Assembly (NCBI GenBank): GCA_030704615.1
Contig: CM060732.1
Location: 79,794,001-79,858,000, forward strand
Length of the DNA: 64,000 bases
From: Takakia lepidozioides
Taxonomy: Eukaryota; Plantae; Bryophyta
Direction of reading: 5' to 3'
Each line of letters opens with the position of its first letter. Within the stretch, counting starts at the first letter, position 1. Shown here piece by piece: positions 24,401-37,516 of the stretch. The notes under the pieces were generated by a model. It was not told where the DNA came from. It saw only the letters and a list, made by a program, of their open reading frames with translations, and ran no database searches. The translations under genes were made by a program, and so were the position numbers.

Positions 24401-25846
24401 TACATTGTTTAAGGATGCGGGGACACGAGCAGGGGCACGAGACGACAGCCATGTTGCTGTCATGGTCTTTGGTCATGCTAGCTCTCCACCCTCACAAACA
24501 GCAGCAACTGTACCAAGAGGTTGTGGAGGTTGTGGGCAGCAAACAGCCCACTCAGTTACACGTCCCAAAGCTTAAGTGAGCATCATACTGTAGCATCCGT
24601 GCAGTGGAGTTCTTTTTTGCTTAAAGACTTGGCATGCTCTGTGGTTTTCCTTCAGACAGATCCCGTACATTTCCAGCCCAGCATGTGCTAGTGAGTTTGC
24701 TGCAAGATAACCTACCTCTCAAAAAACACAAGCTAATTCTTGGCCAAGTGGTTATGATGTTGATGTTTTGGAGTCCTTTGTGTACTTGTAAGATGGGGAC
24801 TTAGCTTCTGTGATTATGGGTCAGGTATACTGAAGCTTTCATATGGGAAACAATGCGGTTGATGCCACCAGCCTATCTCTTGGCTCGATGTGCCTCGAGC
24901 GACACTCAAATAGGGGAGTGGAATGTGCCTGCTGGGACTACCGTGTTGTTGAGCATTTATCTTCTCCATCGCGATCCTGCAGTCTGGCCCCGGTATGCTA
25001 TTGCAATATCCTCCAAACTCCAACTAACATAGTCATCTTTTTAATCAGGTTGGCTGATATGGACCCTTGTCTTGGTGCTTTTTGCAAAGTCTTTTTCTTA
25101 TTATGCAGAGAGTTGGGGCTCAGTGTTGGATGAAGGGTATATGTAATTTCTTGCCTGACAGTCTTTCTACATGGCAGTGCCTTGGAGTTTGACCCAACAA
25201 GATGGCTGCCTGGTGGGAATGCCAAGGAGCACATGGAGAATGACAGCTATTGGCCTTTTGGAGGTGGTCCTAGAAACTGTATAGGCATGGGCTTTGCCAT
25301 GTTGGAAGTCTCATTGGTGAGATCCCCTTACCTCCTTATTGGCCCTAGGTCACAGGTGTGCTATAACCTCTCAACATTTCAATCAGATGTTAGTGTATCT
25401 GTTTCTTGGCATTTTTCATGGTGGGTGTTTCAAACAGTTGGATTCAGCTATACCTCACATGACCTAAGACTCTAGCAGTTTGCATGGCACCTTGGTGTTG
25501 TTTGTCTATATGTGCTCCTTGCTTTATAAGCAGGGGGACACGGCCACAGATGTTGAGTGTAAGGTGGGCGGGATGGCCTTGCCTCCAACAGTCCCGAGAC
25601 ATCAGTCTTAGTGCTGAGTCTAGACACTCTTGAAGTCCTCTGTTGAACAATCTTACAGTGAAGGCAGTTTTGAACTTGCTCCTGTAGGTATTGGCCACAA
25701 TTGCGGGCAGATTCAAAGTATCCTTACCAGATGGAGATCCTGTGCCAAAGCTCAAACCAATGCTTACATTGAGACCTGAAAACCAGGTCAACCTGGCATT
25801 GACTCCAAGGTGTACAGGGAGAGCCAAAGGAACCCAGCGAAGCTGA
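21487..25846 (+). CDS. Cytochrome P450, CYP746-like, tandem copy 1 (divergent)
   Basis: Spliced frame gives WRRHR, AGHETT, ETMR, FDPTRW and FGGGPRNCIG; stop TGA 25844-25846. Confidence 0.85.
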
Positions 25847-26181
25847 GAGTGGTAACTGAAGATCCAACCAGACAGGTCGGTTGTGTCGAGTCAATTATAG
25901 CCCAACCGGAGGTCGATCAGCCCTTGTCGATGTAGAAACAGTGGCACTGGTCATTTGCCATAAATTGTACTGGAGGTCTCCTGGTGAGATCTTAACTCCT
26001 TAACGATCAACATTTCAACCATGTGGTCTTATCTGTTTCTTGGTATTTTGGATGGGGTATTTCTAGAGACTTTGGGAGGACCTTCCCAATTTTGATTGAC
26101 AACTTTTGATCTAAACCACAGCAATTTGTTTTTTTTAATTTTTTTGGTTTGTTTGTTTCTTTTCTTTCTTTCTTTTTTTGT

Positions 26182-26185
<4 letters not shown>

Positions 26186-26212
<27 letters not shown>
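26186..26212. repeat. (CT)n microsatellite in a T-rich tract
   Basis: Visible dinucleotide run. Confidence 0.9.
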
Positions 26213-26217
<5 letters not shown>

Positions 26218-26299
26218 CTTTTTCTTTTCTTCCGGAAAAACAGGGGTGAGAGCCCTTTTTTTCCAAACCCAAAAAGCTATATTTAAGTGTGTGGAAGTA

Positions 26300-29250
26300 A
26301 GGAAGAAGGGGGAGGAGATGGAGCTCCACAAAGCGCGGAAGGAGAGGGCGCGATCAAGCTCGACGGTCTCAAGACCCTGCAATCTACTGCAGGAGAGAGT
26401 TGCCAGGCTCAAGGTGAAGACTCGGATTCCTTCTAACGCAGTCTCTTGTTCACTTTTGCGTCTTCACAAACCTGGGCCTCAGTTCAGTCTGCCGTGAATC
26501 AGTGTTCTATGCTTGAGCGCATCATCCACAACCCTAGTGTGGTGATGATACTTCTCGCACTTGAGGTAAACTTGCTAAAAGCTTTCTCTCTATCAATCTA
26601 CCTTCATCCCCGACAATCCCTGCCTAGCCCAGCCCCCCAAGGGAGAGTCATGACTCAATGGCCGCAGCCAACAATAACTACTGAGCCAGGTCATTGTATC
26701 CACGATCTGCTTTAACCTCATACCGGCCTCACCCCGAATGCCAATCTTAAGCTCTTCCCACTACTCCACCTCTTCGCAATTCACTCGGGCCCCTTGGTTT
26801 GGCTCAAGCTCCACACTCTCGGCATCTGCAAAACAGAGTGTTTTCAGACGCTTTGTTGCTAGCAATGATGGGGCCAAACTTCAACAAGGGACTCAGAGGT
26901 AATCTCAGAAGCAGAGTCCCCAGGGGTGTCACTAGAAACCCAATGCCGCATCTATCTATGAACTCGGGCTCAGATTTCTTTCTCGCCCACCAAGCTCAGG
27001 CCCTTGGTGATTCTGTTACTGCCCAACCACTTGCGCTTGGAGACCATCACACTCTCCAGGCTGTGGACATCGGCCTGCCTGCGCGGTCTAGCTCCACCAG
27101 AACTCACAAGTGCAGCTGGTTGATGCACTGGAGGATACTGCGACCATTCAAGACGCCATGGGTAAACATCCAGTTTCCATCAAGGTAGACAGCACTAGTT
27201 TAAATCAGAAGATAGCTGACATGCAGGATAGGAGCATTCTTATTCATTTCCCTTGAATCATATGTCAGAGAATGGATCATTTCACACTTGGGAGGGGATG
27301 GTGATTTACAGCAGCACTTTTGTCGTGCAAAGGGGAGGGGGTTTTTCTCCATTGTCTTTGAAAGCAGAGAAGCACCACAAAAGGCCTTACAGTTCAATCC
27401 TCATCCCAAAGGATACAATGTCAACATATACCCATGGTCCCCGAAGCTGGGAAACAAAAATGGCAAAATCTGGGCTACTTGGATAGTGGTGGTCTCACAA
27501 ATCCCAGACAAATATCTTTTCTTTCGCAACATTGGCAATTCCTTTGGCGACTATCTCGGCTGTCTGGTAGGATTCGACCCCAACATGTCCATGGATTTAT
27601 TGAGAAATGACCCAGCATGGAGGGATGCCACGATTGCCTCTAAAAATCAAGAAGAATGGGGCTTCTGAAATCGTCATCATGATGCCCAATGAATCCCAAC
27701 CTTCTGCCCATTGACGACAAGGGGAATTTTCGTACAATCAAACTCTTGGAAGATCTCTCCAACTCGGCCTACTTCAACTGCGGGCAGCAAGGGCACATGA
27801 AACTCTAATGCCCACAGGGGAAAAGGAAAAGACAATCTCCAGGGCAGTATGGGATCCCTCCACCAATTCGTTCATCCTCTCTTATCATTTAACCCTTGCC
27901 AAACAACAGCTCAGACACAATCCTCCAACCCACAAAAATCATGGCCATCAAAGGGCTGGGGAACAGAGCTGGGGGGAAGGATCCTTCATGCCTCAAGCGC
28001 TTCATGCGGCCAAGAAATCAAGACTCCCATCAGACCCCATGATGATTGAAGCACAGGTCAACACAGATCCCCTCCAGCAACTTCTGGGATCGAGGGATAT
28101 CAACTCACTGGCCCCAGGAATTCTCCAAAGCAAGGAAATTCAGCAAACTCCACACTCCGACCTGCAGCACCCCCCCATCATCAACGATCCAAGGCTGTGC
28201 CTGACAGGGGGCTCAGGCCCACACCTCTTGGGAGCTCATCCCCGCTTCCGATCAATTCCCTTCACGACCTATTCAGAAACACTCGGGTGGATCCAACGCC
28301 TGCAAACTCTGCATCCAATCACCCTATGAGGTCGATTGACTTCTAAGACCCACAGGCCAAGATTGGAATTGCTCTAAACCCTGTTCTTGCTGGCGTATGC
28401 CTCAAACTGCAAACTTTTCCCAGCTTGATTTTGAGAGGATGCTCTCAGCTCGCCACAAACAAAGAGCCGCAAGCTGTGTGTGTCACTCCTCTCATCTACT
28501 GGAGGGAGAAACACCAGCAGTTTTTGATCACCTCACCTGAAAAAGAAGGAATGGAATCCTTATGGATTACTACAAAAGATGTCAAGGAGTTTGTATCCAA
28601 GAACCCAATGGACAACAGCCCAATCCCAACTCTCAGGAAGAAAATTGGGGATTACTTCAAGTTCGCTTTAGTCTGGAGCCCAAGCCCATCCCACTTACAG
28701 GAAATCAAAGAATCATTCGCAATTTTGTGTGGTGAGCCACCTCCAATTCTCAATTCGTCAGGCCTGCAATCTCATGGGCTCAGCTTTGCTGCTCGCGGAA
28801 GCGGGGAGGCCTTGGGATCCTTGACCCCTGCAATCATATCGACGCTCTGCTAGGCAAATGGATTTTGAGACTTCTCGGTCCTCATTCATCATGGTGGGGG
28901 TCCTTGGTGCTAAGGCACATTGTAATTCAAAGCTCCCCCTCAAATCTGCTCTATGGTCTGCCTCCACACGCTGGATTGTCAACGGTTTTAGGCATAAATA
29001 ACCTGGATCCCCTCTTTGGAAATCAATTTGAAAGGCCTGGGACCTTACCAAGGGAGAACCCTCCACGTATGAAGAGGTCATCCGTCAGCACCTTTTTCTA
29101 AACTCCAACATCCACTGCCTGGAGGATCGTGGTTAAGAAGATGGTCCGCTTGGGACAAGCTTGGCATCTCGCAAGTAGGCAATATCTGGTCGGGCGATGC
29201 CAGCAACAAATCAACCGTTTCTATTTCAGACTCGAGGTAACACCTCCCTT
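26300..29250 (+). mobile_element. Degenerate L1-type LINE: ORF1 relic joined to a post-RT ORF2 segment
   Basis: DUF4283-like KGRGFFSIVF..IYPWSP..TWI (27250-27600); decayed zinc knuckle FNCGQQGH near 27775; LLGKWILRLL..SWW near 28850. No EN or RT domain seen; boundaries approximate. Confidence 0.6.
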
Positions 29251-29999
29251 AGGTAACATATCTCTTTTTGAAGGTTTATTGAGAGTAAATATGGATGAAA
29301 GTAGATTTCACTATTCACAAAGAGGAGCCAGATGCAACTAGCCACTGTTTCAGTGCGGACGAGGTTTTGTTGTTTCCCAAATCTCAGTGGAGGTTGGGTA
29401 CCATGTGAGAAAGCAGACTAGAATGTTTCACGGCTTCACAAAATCTCCTAAGAATATGCGACAGCAAAATGGGAATATGCTCACCAAAACAAAATTGCGA
29501 ATCAACTTCAAAATTTGTGCTCAAAGAGCACAACAAGTTTCTCAAACGAAACCCTATAACTCGTATTTCCATTTCAAACATAATTCCCCTATAACTGTGG
29601 ATTGTGCTCACACTGGTTTTGTTTCCTTCTCATTTCCTTCTCACGCTTGTGAAGTAGGCACCACAATACACAAACAACAATATACCTACTCCAAATTTTT
29701 CCCTATGCGCTTGTTGGAGCCTTTATAATTAGTCAATTACACATTTCTCCAAGTAGCCCATCACTTATTTCTTTTTTTGCAATGCAAACATTGAATTGTG
29801 GGTAAGAATTCATGGATATAAATACTGTTGCGTAACTTATGTGCTAATCCTTTTTATTTGGGCCTTAAAAAGGTTCCAGTCTTGTGTGCACTTGAATGTT
29901 GACAACTTTGGTAGTTGGTGATGAGAGGCCAAAGACAAAATAGCTGCAATCCATTGTTGGGTGTTACTTCCAAAACTGATCACACTCCAATTCTTGTTT

Positions 30000-30364
30000 A
30001 GTAAGGTGTGCAATGAATGCCTAGTTGTTAAAGGAGTGGTACAAACGACTATATATTCACCATAATTAAAAAAATATAAAACTGAATTTATTAGGAATAC
30101 GGATTTTCATTCTCGAGTCGTTTTTTCAGTGCTTAAAATCACTTGTAATTGCCACTTTTTAAAATTTTGTGTATTTATGTAATTAATTAAATAGCCGCGA
30201 TTATTGCTACGACTCCAGAGTCACTTTTATCCGCCGTCTGAAATGCCCCCATGGCCCTTCATTGTGTGTTTCGACTCTCCAGTAATAATGTGTACTGCAA
30301 AGTGGTTCCCGGAGTGGTTGGCGGGCACCCAGTCGATTCGGAAAAGACACGAATGCTTCTAGTG
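30000..30364 (-). mobile_element. Orphan left end of a related CACTA copy
   Basis: gacacgaatgcttctagtg at 30346-30364; ~365 bp alignable by eye to 2174-2540 in reverse orientation. Confidence 0.9.
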
Positions 30365-31063
30365 TGAGTTGGGTTAGATTAGTTATATGGCCTGCTTTGA
30401 AGTAGGCAAGGATGGGGTTTTTTCTATGGGGATGTAAGGTTTCAAATTGTGGGAGGAATGGGCTATTGAGCCAGTCACGTTCAAATGACAATATAGTATT
30501 GGGGTAGCCCGGGAGGTCAATTTGTATGCTAATTTTCATTTGGCATAGGGTGTACAGGGTGCGGGCGGCGGGGGAGTGGAGGCACGATTGGTGATGAAGA
30601 GAGGGGAGGGAATATAGTCCATCATATAAAAAGAGCAGCGCCGCAAGGTGCATGAGGCATTGCACTACTGAGGCTTATACTATGGCTCTACCCTTCATAT
30701 CCCAATATTGCGGGGCGCTATCCAAGGCGACACCTTGAGCCCCTACCTCTTTATCATTTTTCTTGAACCTTTGTTACGATGGTTAGCTTGCGGTAACTAG
30801 GCTATCAATACAAAACTTCTCCAAAAGAAATCTCCGCATCCACTTTGCTGACCATTGACGACCTTGCCATTTTTGCACACAAACCTCAACATCTCAACCG
30901 TCATGTTGACAAATTATCCCGTTTCAACCAATGGTATGGTATGGAGCTAAACCTTCACAAATGCGCAGTCACCGCAGCCCCACACCGCAGTAAGGTCACT
31001 AAACCCACGATAGCTTCCCATTGCAAGCTCTACATACACTACCAACAAAAACCTATCCCTTAG
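30365..31063. mobile_element. Non-LTR retrotransposon fragment with internal inversion; RT resembles algal RandI/Dualen-type LINEs
   Basis: Plus strand ~30700-31060: AIQGDTLSPYLFIIFLEPLLRWL..DDLAIF..WYGMELNLHKCAVT. Adjacent open frame on minus strand 30665-30365. Confidence 0.65.
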
Positions 31064-31620
31064 ATGATAGAATACCTTAGAAGAATCAAGGAATTCCATC
31101 ATCCAACATGTGTCACATTCCCTTCATGTTGAGATTCAAAATCACCACCACCAAGTGGCTCAAGGGCCTCATTTAAATAGACAACACTTAGGATAAAAAT
31201 AGCTATTATAATAAAACAAAAAATAAGGGCCTCCGTCCCCTTTCAGTTTATAAAAAAAACAAAACAAAAAAACAAAATGGCTAATCCTAACATCAGTTCA
31301 TCTAGGGTGTCATCATCCTATTTCTACCTACCATCTGTCCATCCTTATCAGTCAAATCCTTTATGGGGAATAAAGTGAACAGGAGGAATCCCTGCCCCAC
31401 AAGCCATTACGCGACTAACCGCTTGCTTTCCTTATCCTGGGAGCCACGGTTCACAGTGTTGGGGCCGGGCTCTCCCAGGTGTTGGACTGAAACTGCAGGT
31501 GAGAGTGTGAGACTTGTCTTCCTGAGCTGGTAGAACATCAGTGTTCACAGTTTGCTTCCTAAAACCAGGTCGAACGATCCTTCCAAAGAGTTGCCATCGC
31601 TGTGTGTGAGAGACGGAGCT

Positions 31621-34600
31621 ATGGCATCAACGCTACCTCCGTCTCTACAGTTGGTTACAACATTGGCGTCCCATTGTGCGCTGAGGTCGTCCGAGGTGCT
31701 GCAATCCGCAGGCGACCAAGCCCAGCTTGCCATGCAGGGGTTGCCGGCACGCTTCCCTCCAGGCCCGCAGCACGACATGGCTTGGGAGCTCGCCCGAGAC
31801 CCCTTAAAATGCATGGAAGCACTGAAGGCTCGTTATGGAGGTGTGGTGGGATTCAAGCTTGCGCTCCGACCCGTCGTCCTTGTCAGTTCCCAGTCAGTGC
31901 TCTTATGCTTACCCTTAACAACGTTTTTTCTTGAAGCACTCTTTGCTCGAATAATTTAGCAAGGAAAATCACTCTTGGAACACTCGAATTTGGCTGGTCC
32001 TGTCTAGGACCACATTCAGAGGGCAGCATTTGCTTTACGACTTAGCAAATCTGAGAGTTAAATCCATAAAGCTTCTCGATAGTGTTCACGCTAAATCAAA
32101 TCAATGGTGAGGGACACTATACATTTCATAGTCAGTGTTGCAGAATAAACTGACTCAGCCTTTCACATTACTGAACCTCTCTGGGAAATAATCTGAAATG
32201 CAGTAAAGTGGGTCCATTCAAGCACTGGTGGGAATTGAAGGAAAGAACTGATTGTGACTAAGTAGCAATTACACTTGAGTGAAATTCGGGAGACAGATCA
32301 CTTCGTATCAGGGTCCTCGCTCATCGAACAGTGACATTCAATTTAAAATCAGGCCCTCTGTGAATTTGCTGAGGCGAGGATTAATCTGCTGAACAGCCAA
32401 ATTCACGAGGCTGCATGTTGTACAGCCATCAAAGGTATGTTGCTTACTTTTAAAATCCATTGAGAACTACATGGACCAAGGAGCAGCTATAATTTTGACC
32501 TTGATTGATTGAAGTCAACTAACCATCATGTGAAAATGCTTTTCAGAGTGTTAGCACCATTCTAGAAATCAAGTGAGACTATGGGAGCCCGACATGACAC
32601 ATTCATCTTGGGTGCTGTGTGTGATGTAAGCAGGGCATATGCTAGAGAGGTTTTCATAACACAAAGCAGCACCTTTGTTAAGGTCAGTCTTTCCTTCTCA
32701 CAACTATATCATCATCTTGAGTATTGATCATCTGAAACTGCATCTCCTCTCCTCCCTGGAAGAAATTCCCGTTAGTTTTAAAGATGTTCGTGATATGTTT
32801 TATTTTGCTAGATTTTTTTGTGGGTGCTGACGGAACTGGTGGGTGCCTGACATGAGGACTTGAATGGATGATGGTGGATAGGCAGGCACGGCCTTCTTTC
32901 CAGGGAGCAGTCTTGCTGGCAATGGCCTGCTGGTCAGTGATGGGGACATTTGGAGAAGGCAGCGCCGGCTCTCAAACCCTGCATTTCGCAGAGCTGCCAT
33001 CAACACTTATGCTCAGGCATGCCCCGTCCTTCTCCTTTTCAAGAACGTTGTACTGTTCATTACGCGATGTACTGTTCATGCTGCCTTGTTTCTAGGGCTG
33101 AGGCTGCACATTGGATGGATACAAGTCTCCCAGTACCCACTCGTAAGAGAGAATCGTATACCTTACTTACATATGATGTGACTTAGAATGCTGACTACCT
33201 GCCCGCCAAATTTGCAGTGTCATGTTTCATACAAAATATAAGGGTATTCTATCCTCTAGCAACTCATTTCCTAATGGATACCTTGTTTGAGGTGCTAAGG
33301 AAGAACGCAAGATGTGGTCATGAAAAATATCAACAGTCCCTGAAAACTTCACATTTCAGTAACTTAAAGAATTGGTTGTAGAGAGTCCATACGATGAGTC
33401 ATGCACTCACATTCATTTTCCATGTAAAGCCAAGTCCTTGTCGGAAAACTTGTTTCATCTAAAGAATAATGTGTGCCTGAGAGGCTGGAAATTGTAGGTG
33501 ATGGTGAAGTCAACCAGCACAATGATGGAGGAGTGGCTTCGAGGTGGGGTGCGAGATGTTTATGCAGACTTCAACGAATTGACAATGAAAATTTTAGCCA
33601 CATCACTTTTTGGGGTCTGTGAGGGGTCAGAGGCGGTAGCTGATGTTGGTCCCGCCATCACCTCAGCATTCCAATTCTTCACACAGCGTGCCACCTCCAT
33701 GTTTATTGGTGTGTGCCTTGACTAACATCCCCCACCCCTCACACAGTTGTTATGTGAAGGTTTTTACATACCTCTGTCAAGCCTCGGCACAGGCGATGTC
33801 TTAGGATATCCAAAGTGAGTTTTTGACTGTAGGCATCAAGAGCAATATACCATTGAATACTGTTGCCCATGTTATAGTTCACATTTGCACAATGTCCTTG
33901 ATGATTCCCACAGTGCCGGAGTGGGTACCAACCCTGGACAACATACAGTACCAGTCAGCAGTGAGGAGTTTGGACAGGGTTGTTTATCAGTTGATTGCTG
34001 AAAGAAGGGAGCAGCTGGCTGTCCTGTCACAGTCTTCTCTGGCCTCCTCAAGTCAGGATCTCTTAACAAAACTACTGCAGGTGAGTGCATGACCTGATTT
34101 AGTACCATGCCTCAGCAAAACGTCAAGCCACTCCTCGTCAGAATTGTATCCATCCGAGATTTCTGAATGGCTGGTCTGGCCACATGTTGTGCTGCATCCT
34201 TTCTATGGGCTTTATTATTTGTGGTGCCGTTTGTTTGAAAGTGAATTGAAATTTTCTGGAGTCATGTATGCAGGCAAGAGATGAGGATGGATCAGGGATG
34301 GATGATAAGTCGCTGCGTGATGAACTGATGACCCTGCTTGTTGCAGTATGTGTCTTTTCTTCTTCCTGTTCTACTGAATCTAACAAGTCAGCCATAAGTG
34401 GCTCTATTTACTTCTCCTACTTTATAGTGGTAAGGGTTTCATATGAATAGCCTGGTGCCTCTGGGAAAGCAACCCTCCCAGACCCAACCGTTAACTTTTC
34501 ATTCAGTAGACTAAGCTTAGATATCCACAGTACTCCCAGACTGCTGTGACAATCCAGCTACTGAGCCATAAGTGTTGATAAAAGCATACCAGGTGCAGCA

Positions 34601-36225
34601 GGAATGGACAACATACTCGTCCCACAAGGGTGTGATGCATGTGGACTGTGGCAGTGGTATCTATTAATCAAGGGGAAGTGACCACTTACAGTGTTTAAGG
34701 ATGCGGGGACACTGGCAGGGGCAGGAGACATCATCCATATTACTGGCATGGTCTTTGCTCATGCTAGCTCTCCACCCTCACACACAGCAGCAACTGTACC
34801 AAGAGATTGTCGAGGTTGTGGGCAGCAAACAGCCCACGCATTTACACGTCCCAAAGCTTAAGTTAGCATCATACTGTAGCACCCATGCAGTGGAGTTCTT
34901 TTTTGTTTTGTTTTGTTATATGCAAGAGGAAAGACTTGGCTGCTCTGTTGTTTTCCTTCAGACAGATCTCATTAGCTAGGTTGAAAATTGGGAACAAATT
35001 TTGGTGTGATTTTCCATCCGAGCACGTGCTAGTGAGTTTGCTGCAAGATAGCCTACTTCTGAAATAACACAAGCTAATTCTTGGCCAAGTGGTTATGATG
35101 TTGATGTTTTGAAGATGGGGACTCGGCTTCTGCGGATATGGGTCAGGTATACTGAAGCTTTCATATGGGAAACAATGCGGTTGATGCCACCAGCCTATAT
35201 CTTGGGTCGATGTGCCTCGAGCACCACCCAAATAGGGGAGTGGAATGTGCCTGCTGGGACTACCGTGTTGGTGAGCACTTATCTACTCCATCGCGATCCT
35301 GCAGTCTGGCCCTGGTATGCTATTGCAATATCCACCAAACTCCAACATAGTCATCTTTTTAATTGGGTTGGCTGATATGCACCCTTGTCTTGGTGCATGC
35401 CTGGAAGGTTTTGCCAAATCTTTTTCTTATTATACAGAGAGTCGGGGCCAGTGTTGGATGAAGGGTATATGAAATTTCTTGCTTGACAGTCTTTTTACAT
35501 GGCAGTGCCTTGGAGTTTGATCCAACAAGATGGCTGCCTGGTGGGAATGCCAAGGAGCACATGGAGAATGACAGCTACTGGCCTTTTGGAGGTGGTCCTA
35601 GAAACTGTATAGCCATGGGCTTTGCCATGTTGGAAGTCTCACTGGTGAGATCCCCTTACCTGCTTATTGGCCCCAGGCCACAGGTGTGCTATAACCTTTC
35701 AAGATTTCAATCATCTGTTAGTGTATCTGTTTCTTGGCATTTTTCATGTTGGGTGTTTCAAACAGTTGGATTCAGCTCTACCTCACAGACATAAGACTCT
35801 AGCAGTTTGCATGGCACCTTGGTGTTGTTTGTCTATATCTGCTCCTTGCTTTATAAGCAGGGGGAGACAGCCACATATTTTGAATGTAAGGTGGGCGGGA
35901 CAGCCTTGCCTCCAACAGTCCCGAGACATCAGTCTTAGTGCTGAGTCTAGACACTCTCAAAGTCCTCTGTTGAACAATCTTACAGTGAAGGCAGTTTTTG
36001 AACTTGCCCCTGTAGGTATTGGCCACAATTGCGGGCAGATTCAAAGTATCCTTACCAGATGGAGCTCCCGTGCCAAAGCCCCAAGCAATGATTACATTGA
36101 GACCTGAAAACCAGGTCAAACTGGCATTGACTCCAAGGTGTACAGGGAAGCCAAAGGAACCCGGCGAAGCTGAGTGTAACCAGAAGATCCAACCAGACAG
36201 GTCGGTTGTGTTGAGTCAATTCTAG
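31621..36225 (+). CDS. Cytochrome P450, CYP746-like, tandem copy 2 (conserved)
   Basis: GTAFFPGSSLAGNGLLVSDGDIWRRQRRLSNPAFRRAA, AGQETS, ETMR, FDPTRW, FGGGPRNCIA; exons collinear with copy 1. Confidence 0.9.
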
Positions 36226-37516
36226 CCCATGTCGATGTAGAAACAATGGCACTGGTCATTTGTGACCATCTCATTCCTTATTGATCAACATTTCAACCAT
36301 GTGTGGTTTTATCTGTTTCTTTGTATTTGGATGGGGTATTTCTAGAGACTTTGGGAGGACCTTCCCAAGTTTGATTGACAACTAGATTTCTAAACCACAG
36401 CAAATCTTTGTTTTTCTTTTTTTTGAAAAACAGGGGTGGGACCCTGTTTTCCAAATCCAAAAGGGTGGCAAATTGCAGAAAATGAAGTTTAGGAGAAGGT
36501 GGCCAGCATTAGTAACCTTTTCTTTCCTTTTGATAATTTGGCTGAAGTGCCCTACCTTGGCATGACAGCCATGGCACACAATGTTAAATTGTTCTGGAAC
36601 AATAGCATACTAAAAAAGAGAGGTGCATGCGTCTTCTTAGATGATCCATGCAGGACCCCATCCGCATCCTCCAGTGGCTTTCTTTGAAGAATGAATTCTT
36701 GCCCAAGTGGAAATGAACAGAAACAGAGATACAAGAAATGATGAATCCTCTCAGGGGCTTAACGATGTGAGGCCTTTGTGAATTTGGAAAAACAGCTAGA
36801 GGCAGTCACAAGCCCCTTAACAAAGCCTTGGATGCATTCCGCGACCTCTTTGACACCCACCCAAGAGAATCCAATTCAGGCCGTGCATTGCAAAACCGGG
36901 GACACACATAGTATAGCTCAACTTTAAACTAAAAAGGGATGAATAGAAATTGTTTCATATTATTACAATAGTTTGGTCCGCAAATCCTAGTAGACAAACC
37001 TAACATGAATCAATTAACCTACCACCTTCTCCCCTTGTTGTTCCTCGAGCTTGATCTAACACCATTATTTTCCTTCTGAACGCGCCCTTTTTCTGTATAG
37101 AATGTTGTTGCTGCAACCTTTCTAATAAATTGACGATTTATTTTAGTAATGTAGCACTGATCACCATACACAAATTAAAGCCATGTAGAGCATAGCCCTC
37201 ACCCTCCTTTATATAGTCTCTCAAGGTGGTGGTGGAGCCTTCGAGACGAAGGGCCCCATTGCCGCATCCTACTTCTATGGAGAACGGCCATATCAGCCAT
37301 TCCAACACTGGCCCCCCCTCCCCACTGGCTGCTCCATTGCTCTTCCTTTTTCCGACCTTCAGAAATAACCCCTGCCAGAATTTGAGAAATGGGGGACCCT
37401 TATTAAGAGTGGTACTTTGGTGGGCTCTACAAGTAAGCCCCTTTGCAAATGTAAATTGGAACATGTTCCTAGATACCCATAAAATATTTCAATGCAAAAT
37501 TATAATTTGTGAAACT

